Origin: Promethearchaeota archaeon
GTDB taxonomy: Archaea; Asgardarchaeota; Lokiarchaeia; Sigyniarchaeales; SOKP01
Assembly (NCBI GenBank): GCA_048941015.1
Contig: JBHLNZ010000075.1
Location: 1 to 13,801, forward strand
Length of the DNA: 13,801 nt
Reading direction: 5' to 3'
The translations under genes and the position numbers were made by a program. The notes beneath the pieces were generated by a model. It did no database searches. It saw only the letters and a list, made by a program, of their open reading frames with translations, and was not told the DNA's origin. Below, piece after piece: positions 1 to 7,592 of this stretch; positions within the stretch are counted from its first letter, which is position 1, and each line of letters opens with the position of its first letter.

Positions 1-951
1 TTTGAGGATCACCGCATTATAAAAGAACCTCCTAAAAAAATTGATGATTCTATTATAAAATTGGCACATTCACAATATCTTATTGATTCGATAAAGCGTA
101 TTTCTAGTATGGGAGGTGGTATTTTAAGCGATGAGGTTTATATTACTTCAGATACCTACTTCTTGGCTAAGAAAGCAGTAGGAGGGTGTATTAAAGCAAT
201 CGAAACTGTGTTAAATGGTCTCGCTTCTCAGTCTTTTGCATTAATAAGACCTCCGGGTCATCATGCTCTAAAGGAACGAGCTTCAGGATTGTGTATCTTT
301 AATAATATAGCTAATGCAATATTATACTTGCGAAAGGAACTAGGATATAATAAAAAAATTGCTATTATTGATATTGATAATCATTATGGAGATGGTCTAG
401 CTCAATATTTTTATGAAGATCCTTCTGTGCTTTATTGTTCTATTCATGAATTTGACTTTAGTGAAGGGGATTTTGGACTTTTCGATGAATTAGGGCAAGG
501 AGATGGTTTAGGAAAAAATATAAATTTTCCAGTACCCGCAGAAGCTCATAATGATGTTTTTTATGAATTTATAGACTTAATTAACCCGATATTAGATGAG
601 TTTCAACCTGATTTGATAATTATTGCAGCAGGATTTGATATGTATTTTGCTGATCCTGTCGGTAATTGCAAATTTACTAGTATTGCTTATTATAACTTCA
701 CTGAAAAAGTTTTAGAGGTTGCTAACTCTGTTTGCCAAGGTAAAGTAGTTTTTATATTAGAGGGGGGCTATAGTATTATAGGTGTTCCTTATTGTATCGA
801 GGCTATATTGAGAGCCCTCTTATTACAATCATATAAGCCACCTGAATTCGAGGTCATTAATTTTACTGATAATTCTGTTAAAGAAGAAGTTATGAAAGTT
901 AAAATCATACTTAAAAAATTATTAAAACCTTATTGGAATCAATTGAAATAG
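1..951 (+). CDS. Histone deacetylase (HDAC/AcuC/APAH) family Zn-dependent deacetylase, 5'-truncated by window edge
   Basis: Frame is open from base 1 (FEDHRIIKEPPKKIDDSIIKLAH...), so the TTG at 61 is probably internal. Motifs RPPGHH, SGLCIFNN, IDIDNHYGDG, SIHE, NINFP, AGFD..DP and LEGGY are all present. Confidence 0.93.
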   Translation, partial: FEDHRIIKEPPKKIDDSIIKLAHSQYLIDSIKRISSMGGGILSDEVYITSDTYFLAKKAVGGCIKAIETVLNGLASQSFALIRPPGHHALKERASGLCIFNNIANAILYLRKELGYNKKIAIIDIDNHYGDGLAQYFYEDPSVLYCSIHEFDFSEGDFGLFDELGQGDGLGKNINFPVPAEAHNDVFYEFIDLINPILDEFQPDLIIIAAGFDMYFADPVGNCKFTSIAYYNFTEKVLEVANSVCQGKVVFILEGGYSIIGVPYCIEAILRALLLQSYKPPEFEVINFTDNSVKEEVMKVKIILKKLLKPYWNQLK

Positions 952-977
952 GTTTAAAAAAAAAATTTGGTAATATT
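952..977 (-). terminator. Probable oligo-T terminator for profilin in the convergent gap
   Basis: A run of about 10 A on + (T-run on -) lies in the 26-bp gap between the convergent stops. Archaeal intrinsic terminators are oligo-T tracts. Confidence 0.4.
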
Positions 978-1382
978 TCAAATTATAATATTTAATTTTA
1001 AAGCATAAGTTTGTACGTTAAATAGTGCATCTCTTGGGCCTGCCTGTGGATTTATATAACAAATCAAAGCACCTGGACCTCCAATAGGCACAGGTGCTAT
1101 AATAACATGCCCTTTTCCAGTAATGTTTGTACCAATTTTTCGCTCTTCAGTATTCTCAACAATCATATATTTGATTCCTTGAATTGAAATACTTGTCATT
1201 CCTTTTTGGCCGAGTTCTAATTTAGTCCGTAATAATTTATTGATTTCATCTAAATCATTAGAAATATCCCAATTCTCTGTTTGAGTAATTAAAGATCCAG
1301 ATTTATCAACAATAGCAACTCCAAAAACATTCTGTTCCTCATTTAACAAATCATTAATAAGTGATTCTATTTCTGAAGCCAT
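978..1382 (-). CDS. Profilin (Lokiarchaeal type), actin-monomer-binding eukaryotic signature protein
   Basis: 134 aa with GVAIVDKSG..ITQTENWDIS, SISIQGIKYMIVENTEERKIGTNITGKGH and INPQAGPRD. From memory this is nearly the same as structurally characterised Loki profilins. GGTGA RBS at 1386-1390 on the - strand. Confidence 0.93.
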   Translation of the reverse strand: MASEIESLINDLLNEEQNVFGVAIVDKSGSLITQTENWDISNDLDEINKLLRTKLELGQKGMTSISIQGIKYMIVENTEERKIGTNITGKGHVIIAPVPIGGPGALICYINPQAGPRDALFNVQTYALKLNIII

Positions 1383-1469
1383 TTTTCACCAAAATTTTTA
1401 TTATCTTATTATTATATAACTAAACATATAAGAAATATAAAAAATTAATTTTTACATTCGGTGAAGTAA
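1383..1469. promoter_or_regulatory. Divergent promoter region shared by profilin and the ABC permease/ATPase operon
   Basis: 87-bp AT-rich gap with GGTGA RBSs facing both ways (1386-1390 on -, 1460-1464 on +), palindromic TTATATAA at 1412-1419 and further TATAA boxes at about 1427-1440. Confidence 0.55.
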
Positions 1470-2024
1470 TTGGCGTTTAGACTTTTTAAGAAAGCGGTAT
1501 TGATGAGTTTACGAGAAAAAAAACAATTTACAGTCTTTTGTTTAATGTATACAATATTGATATTTTGGACAAGTTATTCAATCGAGTTAATAAGTGCCCC
1601 AGAAGGTTCAAATTTAGGAATCGGTTCATTTTTTTTAGCAATCGGAGTAGGAGTTTTTTTATCACTTCTTTATGCATGGATAATTGTGTCTCGAAATAGG
1701 AGAACATGGGCTACTTTGAAATGTGTAGGCTATACAAATGGTGATATAAACTCTTTAGTTTCTGGATTTATTTTATTTACAACAATAATGGGATTTTTCA
1801 TTGTAATTGAAGTCCTATTCCATTATGTAGCAATTCTTGGATATATACAATCTGCAGATGAATCTACAGCACATTTAGTTTCTAATTTGCCTTTAATTAG
1901 TCTTATACCTGTTGTTGTAACGTTTTTCATTTTCCTATCTATTCAAATATTAGCAATTTTAGTGGCGAATAGGAGAATTTTAAAAGTTAGACCTATAATT
2001 GCACTTAAAAAAGTAGGAGAGTAA
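1470..2024 (+). CDS. FtsX/MacB/LolC-type (type VII) ABC permease, minimal 4-TM form
   Basis: TTG start with GGTGA RBS and four hydrophobic segments. Coupling-helix motif RNRRTWATLKCVGY matches the family pattern RxxEiaiLKalG, and C-terminal RILKVRPIIALK matches xPxxALR. Lies directly upstream of the ATPase. Confidence 0.85.
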   Translation: MAFRLFKKAVLMSLREKKQFTVFCLMYTILIFWTSYSIELISAPEGSNLGIGSFFLAIGVGVFLSLLYAWIIVSRNRRTWATLKCVGYTNGDINSLVSGFILFTTIMGFFIVIEVLFHYVAILGYIQSADESTAHLVSNLPLISLIPVVVTFFIFLSIQILAILVANRRILKVRPIIALKKVGE

Positions 2025-2037
2025 GGAGGAGAGATAT

Positions 2038-2730
2038 ATGAGTATGGATAAAGATGTAATGATAGAAGCAATTGATGTGAACAAGGAATACAGGAGAGCA
2101 GGGGCAATTATTAGGGCACTTGCAGATATAAACGTAACTATAAAGTCTGGAGAGTTTGTAATTGTTCAAGGGCCTACAGGATGCGGTAAAAGTACGCTAT
2201 TAAACGTTTTATCAGGTTTGGATCTCCCTGATAGTGGAAGAATTATTTTTGATGGCGAGAATATTGCTCGTGCTACTGAAGATAGACTTAGTAAAATAAG
2301 AAGGCAGAAAATTGGTTTTGTATTTCAAGATTTTAACCTTGTACCTACATTGACAGCAATAGAAAATGTTATGGCTCTTTTATGGCCAACCGTTTTACGT
2401 GAAAAAGAAATAGAAAATCGAGCTATAGGAGCCTTGAGAGATGTTAATTTACTTGAACGAAAAGATCACTATCCTGTACAGATGTCAGGTGGAGAAAAGC
2501 AAAGATGTGGACTTGCTAGAGCTATAGTTCATAGACCAAGAGTTATATTAGCAGATGAACCCACTGGCAATTTAGACCCCGCTAGCGAAAAGGATGTTAT
2601 GGATTTGTTGAAAAAGATTAATAAAGATATGGAAACTACCGTTATTGTTGTTACACATCGTGGTTCATTAGCATCCTATGCGGATAAAGTAGTACAAATG
2701 GACAAGGGTGCTATTACTAATATAAAATAA
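2038..2730 (+). CDS. ABC ATP-binding protein, LolD/FtsE/MacB subfamily
   Basis: Walker A GPTGCGKST, Q-loop GFVFQDFNL, signature MSGGEKQR, Walker B/D-loop ILADEPTGNLD and H-loop VVTH. GGAGG RBS sits in the 13-bp gap after the permease. Confidence 0.95.
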   Translation: MSMDKDVMIEAIDVNKEYRRAGAIIRALADINVTIKSGEFVIVQGPTGCGKSTLLNVLSGLDLPDSGRIIFDGENIARATEDRLSKIRRQKIGFVFQDFNLVPTLTAIENVMALLWPTVLREKEIENRAIGALRDVNLLERKDHYPVQMSGGEKQRCGLARAIVHRPRVILADEPTGNLDPASEKDVMDLLKKINKDMETTVIVVTHRGSLASYADKVVQMDKGAITNIK

Positions 2731-2991
2731 ACTATATTTTTATTTTACATACTTTTTTTAAACCTGTTTTTAAGAACGATTTTTATAATTTTTGATGATC
2801 TATAACTTGCGATTAAATCTATTTAAATCCTTTAAAAAGATAAAGCAATTTTAGTTCAATATCTTTAAGATTTTGAGATGGTGGATAAAATATTTTTGTC
2901 GAATCTAAAACAAAACTATAAATATAAGAATCGTGTTTGAATTAGTAATAATATATAAAATATTTAAAAAACAATACAGAGGTTATTTCTT

Positions 2992-3777
2992 TTGGGTATA
3001 GGGCGTGTAATTGGCTCAGGCTGTGTTGGAATGTTGTGCCTTATTCCAATGGCTTGGCTTAGCTTTTCTTTCTTAGATTTAACAGGTTCCATAACTGGAG
3101 GATTAATTGAGGACCTAGGTGCTGCTCTAGGTTCATTAGGTGATATCCCTATGTTGGGAGGGTTTGGAACTCTTATAGGGATAGTCGGAGGGATGGTTCT
3201 AGGGCTTGCTTTAATATTTCTATTTCCAATTCATTGGTGCCTTTTTTACAGACCTGATGACGTAATGCTTTTAATTTCTGTAATTCTCCCCTGGATCTTA
3301 TGTTGCACCATAACTAGTGCACTTTTTGCTCACTCTCCCAGAGGAGGGATTCATACCAGTCTAGCGATTGGAATTGGTTATATGATTCCTGCTCTTTTAA
3401 TATACTTTCTAATTCCTGTTATTGTAGATGCTTTCTCAGGTGGAATGGGGCTGGGTTCTTTAATTGCAGGTATTTTTGATGGGCTTGCTTCAGGACTCAC
3501 GGATTTACCATATGCTCTTGCAGTATTTACAGCGATATTAGAAGGAAGTCTAGTTGGAGCTGTTTTTGGAGGATTTATTGGGAGCTTGAAATATAAACCT
3601 GCAGGCGCTGCTGCAAAGCCGAAAAAAAGTAAAGTAAAGGGTGAAGTAATGAGAGAACCAACATTGGCGAGTTCTGAAAGTGAATCAATCGCAAAAACTG
3701 ATTTTTGTACGAATTGTGGTGCAAAATTAGTTCCTGGTGACGATTTCTGCACTAATTGTGGTGCAAAATTAAAGTAA
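2992..3777 (+). CDS. Gly-rich polytopic membrane protein with C-terminal zinc ribbon (2x CxxC)
   Basis: TTG start with GAGGT RBS at about 2979-2983. About 5-6 hydrophobic Gly-rich segments, a Lys/Ser-rich linker, then FCTNCGAKLVPGDDFCTNCGAKL. Confidence 0.8.
   Translation: MGIGRVIGSGCVGMLCLIPMAWLSFSFLDLTGSITGGLIEDLGAALGSLGDIPMLGGFGTLIGIVGGMVLGLALIFLFPIHWCLFYRPDDVMLLISVILPWILCCTITSALFAHSPRGGIHTSLAIGIGYMIPALLIYFLIPVIVDAFSGGMGLGSLIAGIFDGLASGLTDLPYALAVFTAILEGSLVGAVFGGFIGSLKYKPAGAAAKPKKSKVKGEVMREPTLASSESESIAKTDFCTNCGAKLVPGDDFCTNCGAKLK
3700..3771 (+). repeat. Intragenic direct repeat encoding DFCTNCGAKL twice
   Basis: 3700-3729 and 3742-3771 are 27/30 nt identical. All three differences are synonymous, and the period is 42 nt. 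Confidence 0.85.
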
Positions 3778-3954
3778 AATAATCGAATTCCGCTTTTCTA
3801 TTTCAATTTTTCTTTTTTTAATTTTTTATAAAATTTATACAATATTAGTAGAAAAATATTTATTAGATATTTAAATTATAGAAAGGAAAATAAGACCATT
3901 TAAATTAGTTTATCATTATATAATAATCATAGAGTTAGCAAAATAACTAAGATC

Positions 3955-4959
3955 ATGTCAAAAGAATTTAAAGGAGTCATAGTTACTCGCTTAATTGTAT
4001 TACTTTCGATATTTCTAACACCGTTAAGCATTTGGTTAATATATTTCTTCGTAGATTTTACGTTGTGGTATTCAAATGACCCAATTTTAAATTTTTGGAT
4101 AGTTAAATTTTTATGCCCTTTAGTTTTTAGCGTTTCTTGGCTATTTTTTCTGACTTTATTTGCAAATCGCATAGCAACTACTATGGAGAAATTTGATGAT
4201 AAAATAAGTGTTGTCCCTTCAAGACTTAAATTTTTTTATGGACTCAATGCGATATACATGCTTTTTATTTTTGTTTTTCCCATAATTACACCAATTATAT
4301 CAATATTAAGTTTTGCTTCCTTTGCATGGCGATTAACAACATTTAGGAAAGAGAGCTGGGAAGATGATACAAAAGTGTCATTTTTAACTAAATTTATGAT
4401 GATCTTAGCATCAATTGTTCCATTGTTTTGTACTGTGAGTATAATCCCGCAATATTTAGATTTGCCCCTTTTTCTTTGGAATGAAATATGGATACCTATT
4501 CTTCCCTATCTTTTCAGTTTTTCATACTCTTTATTCACTGCTTTAGCTATTGGTTCACTTATAATTTTATTTGCCAATCAAGGTATAAGTGAATATGAAC
4601 AAATCTATGTAGAACCCGAGAAAAAAAAGAAATTTTGGAATGTTAAAATTTTGGAAATATTCTTATTCGTATTCTTTTTATTTTTAGACTTAAATAATTA
4701 TGAAATTATTAGCCTCTTTTACTGGGCGGGGTTTATAATTATTATATTCACATATTTTGTAAATTACATTAGAGGAAAATCAAAATATGGTAGTTTTAAA
4801 AGTCATTTTATCGGATATCTCGTAGCTGCTGTTTTTATAGGTTCAAATGTGGTATTCGCAACAGAAGATCTCTCTGAATTGATAAGGGTCTGGAGCTTAT
4901 TGATTTCAGCTGTTTTGTATATATTTGTATTCTTTTACACATTTTTTAGTATTGAATAA
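3955..4959 (+). CDS. Uncharacterised polytopic membrane protein (about 9-10 TM)
   Basis: 334-aa ORF of Phe/Ile/Leu-rich helices separated by short charged loops. No recognisable motif. Confidence 0.8.
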   Translation: MSKEFKGVIVTRLIVLLSIFLTPLSIWLIYFFVDFTLWYSNDPILNFWIVKFLCPLVFSVSWLFFLTLFANRIATTMEKFDDKISVVPSRLKFFYGLNAIYMLFIFVFPIITPIISILSFASFAWRLTTFRKESWEDDTKVSFLTKFMMILASIVPLFCTVSIIPQYLDLPLFLWNEIWIPILPYLFSFSYSLFTALAIGSLIILFANQGISEYEQIYVEPEKKKKFWNVKILEIFLFVFFLFLDLNNYEIISLFYWAGFIIIIFTYFVNYIRGKSKYGSFKSHFIGYLVAAVFIGSNVVFATEDLSELIRVWSLLISAVLYIFVFFYTFFSIE

Positions 4960-5128
4960 ACAATTAGTTCTAAAGTAGCCATATATGAAATCAAATATAA
5001 GCCAAAATTTACTCTAAAAATCTCACAGATTTGATTAAAAGCCTATTTTGACAAATTTCGAAACAGTCTTTATTATAATAAGCAATAAGTTTTGTTAATA
5101 TATAGGTATTACGCTCTTATTTTAGAAT

Positions 5129-5160
5129 TTCTATTTGATTAGAACATAAATTATTAAAAA
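5129..5160. promoter_or_regulatory. Candidate operator, copy 1 (TTCTA-N6-TAGAA within a 32-bp conserved element)
   Basis: ttctatttgattagaacataaattattaaaaa, which is 29/32 identical to 7506-7537. Confidence 0.65.
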
Positions 5161-5224
5161 CCTTGATTTTATTATTTAGTTTAAGTATTCAAAATTTAAT
5201 TAAAAAAACTAGTTGAATAACATT

Positions 5225-7381
5225 ATGAAAAAATTAAATGCAAAATCCTTAATGATTATTACCTTATTCCTTGCCTCTTTTATGGCCACTCCAATGATAG
5301 TTGCAGGCTATGATAATGAAGCAGGTTATAACCTTAACCAATTACCTATACCTGGTGGAATGGATTTAATCGGTGGGTTTGAAGAAGGTTTTGGTAGTGC
5401 ATTGGGCGGTTTAGGTTATGGGGGAAGTCTCTTAGCACAAGTATTTCTGATGTTATTCCTTCAAGGTTTATTTAACTTGACGGAATCAGAGTTACTTGAT
5501 GGGGTTTATGTTCTAAGTGCATTCACCGAAGAGAGCCACACCGGTAATTCGACTTTTTCTGGTGACCCTGAATATTATTATGTTCCATATGACTATTACG
5601 AAGCTGAGGCATCAATTGATGGATTTCCTTATGTGAAAGTAGTCAGACAAGGGGGATATGATTATAACCTAACTATAGGGGCAGGAGTAACCTTAGTCAT
5701 TTGGGATAATGACAATTCTTTTATTAATGCTGTAAAAAGAATAATCGATTTCTTTCAGAAATTTAGAAACTTAGAAAGGTTAGGCGAATTCGAAGATGAA
5801 AATTTTCTGAATTCTCCTGAATTTCAGTTATTAATACGAGAGGGAGTCGAATTAATTACTTGGTTTTTAATCCATATAAATGATATCTTTACTGGTGAAG
5901 AATTATTTGCTTTGAATCCTATCACTTGGCAAAATTTAGATATCAGACCATGGAATACTAATGATGGAGATCCTGCTAATTATTCAATTTCCAAAGAACT
6001 ATATCAGACAGGATCTGATTATAATGTGGGTACTGGGACTGATACTCTTATCTCTAATGCTGCGATGGTTGCTAATTGGAGTGCAATGGCTGGGGCACGT
6101 TCAGATGATTATATGACCTGGTTATTAACGCCTACTGATGATGCTGATCTTGTTAGAACTGTATGGACAACTTTTACTTTCGATTTAATTCAATTATGGG
6201 TAAAGAATTTTGAAATCCATATTAATGTCGCTGAGATTATGAATTTAATTAGTGGTGGTATGGGTGGATCACCTACTCTTGACATAGCATCAATCTTTCA
6301 AGGTTTAGACATTGAGTTTTATTTGTTCTCTCATCATTTAGCAGGTGCATTCTTATATAATGATTCTATAGTTGATGATGATAAGATTACAACTGAATAT
6401 GTGCGAGTTAATCAATCAGATGGGGTAACACCAGTCTTAGTAAACGGAGAAGAAATTCACGTTCCTAGAACTTCAGAAGTAACACATAGATTAATACTAA
6501 ATAGTGTCAACCAATTTAGGTTTATAGAGCCTTATGTTTCAGGAAATACCATCAAATGGGGTATAAGATTGGTAGACAGCAAAATCACACCGGTTCCAAT
6601 TGGTGTTGATCTTGATAATTATTTAGGTGCAACCCAAGAAGATTTAGGTTACATTCAATTTGGATTCACTTTTGAACCAAAGAAGGTTCAAATTCCAGAT
6701 GAGAATGGCAGACAAGTACCAGTACTTCAGGGAGCTGTTAAACTATTCCAAGAATTTGCTCCTTGGAATGATCCAGGAGCTCCACATGGTCATTCTTCAA
6801 ATAATAATATTGGAGATTTGGACATGGCAATCATTTATCTTTCCTCAATGCTGCACTTTCACTTAAATGTTCAGACAGTTGGAGAAGATCCTGATGATCC
6901 AACAACCTTTTTAGATCCATCTCAAGATTATATTGAAGCAGAACGTGAATTGAAAATTGGCAACTATCTTGGAGAAAAATTCAGCGGGCAATTAGATTTT
7001 ATCGATATTGCTGGTCCTAGTTATGAGTATGGTGATGAAGATAATAGAGCTACTGCTGATGCTTCTACAGCAATCATACCATTAGCTTTATATGAGTCTG
7101 AAATAGAAAGACATGATACTTTTGTTGATGAAGATGATGATATTGAATTTGAAACATTTGCCACTGACATTCAATTAAACATTAGCTTTAATGTTTTAGG
7201 TTATGCTGTATGTTATCCTGAATTTGAAGATGGTACTGGTATATGGCATGATCCTACCTTCACAGTCTATATGGTTTTCGAAGCTACAGGATTCTGGGCA
7301 TTAATCCTCTTAATTGCTGGTGTGGGATTAGTTGGTGTTGCTACAGTATTAATCAAAAGGAGAAAGGATGCGAGATTTTAA
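5225..7381 (+). CDS. Large acidic secreted, C-terminally membrane-anchored cell-surface (glyco)protein
   Basis: The ATG at 5225 gives a typical signal peptide MKKLNAKSLMIITLFLASFMATPMIVA (alternative TTG at 5213). Asp/Glu-rich body with 8 N-x-S/T sequons, then IWHDPTF, TM helix FWALILLIAGVGLVGVATVLI and basic tail KRRKDARF. Confidence 0.85.
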   Translation: MKKLNAKSLMIITLFLASFMATPMIVAGYDNEAGYNLNQLPIPGGMDLIGGFEEGFGSALGGLGYGGSLLAQVFLMLFLQGLFNLTESELLDGVYVLSAFTEESHTGNSTFSGDPEYYYVPYDYYEAEASIDGFPYVKVVRQGGYDYNLTIGAGVTLVIWDNDNSFINAVKRIIDFFQKFRNLERLGEFEDENFLNSPEFQLLIREGVELITWFLIHINDIFTGEELFALNPITWQNLDIRPWNTNDGDPANYSISKELYQTGSDYNVGTGTDTLISNAAMVANWSAMAGARSDDYMTWLLTPTDDADLVRTVWTTFTFDLIQLWVKNFEIHINVAEIMNLISGGMGGSPTLDIASIFQGLDIEFYLFSHHLAGAFLYNDSIVDDDKITTEYVRVNQSDGVTPVLVNGEEIHVPRTSEVTHRLILNSVNQFRFIEPYVSGNTIKWGIRLVDSKITPVPIGVDLDNYLGATQEDLGYIQFGFTFEPKKVQIPDENGRQVPVLQGAVKLFQEFAPWNDPGAPHGHSSNNNIGDLDMAIIYLSSMLHFHLNVQTVGEDPDDPTTFLDPSQDYIEAERELKIGNYLGEKFSGQLDFIDIAGPSYEYGDEDNRATADASTAIIPLALYESEIERHDTFVDEDDDIEFETFATDIQLNISFNVLGYAVCYPEFEDGTGIWHDPTFTVYMVFEATGFWALILLIAGVGLVGVATVLIKRRKDARF

Positions 7382-7405
7382 ATCTCTTTAAATAATTAAT
7401 TAATA

Positions 7406-7426
7406 TTTTTATTTTTTTTTCTTTTT
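7406..7426 (+). terminator. Probable oligo-T terminator after the surface-protein gene
   Basis: Near-continuous T tract starting about 25 nt after the stop codon. Confidence 0.45.
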
Positions 7427-7505
7427 CTATTGAATATAATAACTTCCATATAAATATCGTAAATATTTTTTTTTATTATAGCTAAAAAGTAAATAAATTT
7501 GAACC

Positions 7506-7537
7506 TTCTAGTTGATTAGAACATTAATAATTAAAAA
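7506..7537. promoter_or_regulatory. Candidate operator, copy 2 (TTCTA-N6-TAGAA within a 32-bp conserved element)
   Basis: ttctagttgattagaacattaataattaaaaa, which is 29/32 identical to 5129-5160. Confidence 0.65.
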
Positions 7538-7592
7538 GTTACATTTTTTTTAGTAATGTATAGAAATTTTTGTTGAATTTTCTAAATATGGG

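Noticed and set aside
370-396. HDAC motif DNHYGDG instead of DxHHGNG, suggesting a dead enzyme
   Set aside because: The Zn-ligand Asp and His, the later GFD Asp, the HH dyad and the EGGY Tyr are all retained.
2731-2991. 260-bp intergenic gap as possible ncRNA or small ORF
   Set aside because: Very AT-rich, with no stable hairpin, tRNA fold or convincing ORF seen. Consistent with terminator plus promoter.
2992-3620. Locally higher GC suggesting foreign origin
   Set aside because: Explained by Gly/Ala/Pro-rich coding; third codon positions remain mostly A/T.
3378-3752. 124-aa minus-strand ORF
   Set aside because: Antisense shadow of the Gly/Ala-rich membrane gene, with no motifs.
3927-4172. 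81-aa minus-strand ORF
   Set aside because: Antisense to the 334-aa membrane protein. Its Lys/Asn richness mirrors Phe/Ile codons on the other strand.
6660-6866. 68-aa alternative-frame ORF
   Set aside because: Nested within the intact surface-protein CDS, with no evidence of frameshift or independent start.
5129-7537. The duplicated 32-bp element as CRISPR repeats or att/target-site duplications flanking a mobile gene
   Set aside because: Only two copies, 2.4 kb apart, with no cas, integrase or transposase. Both sit at equivalent promoter positions, which favours an operator, though a recombination origin cannot be fully excluded.
7561-7584. TAGAAA-N12-TTTCTA inverted repeat before the regulator
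   Set aside because: Short and AT-rich, with arm order and spacing different from the main dyad. It cannot be distinguished from chance.
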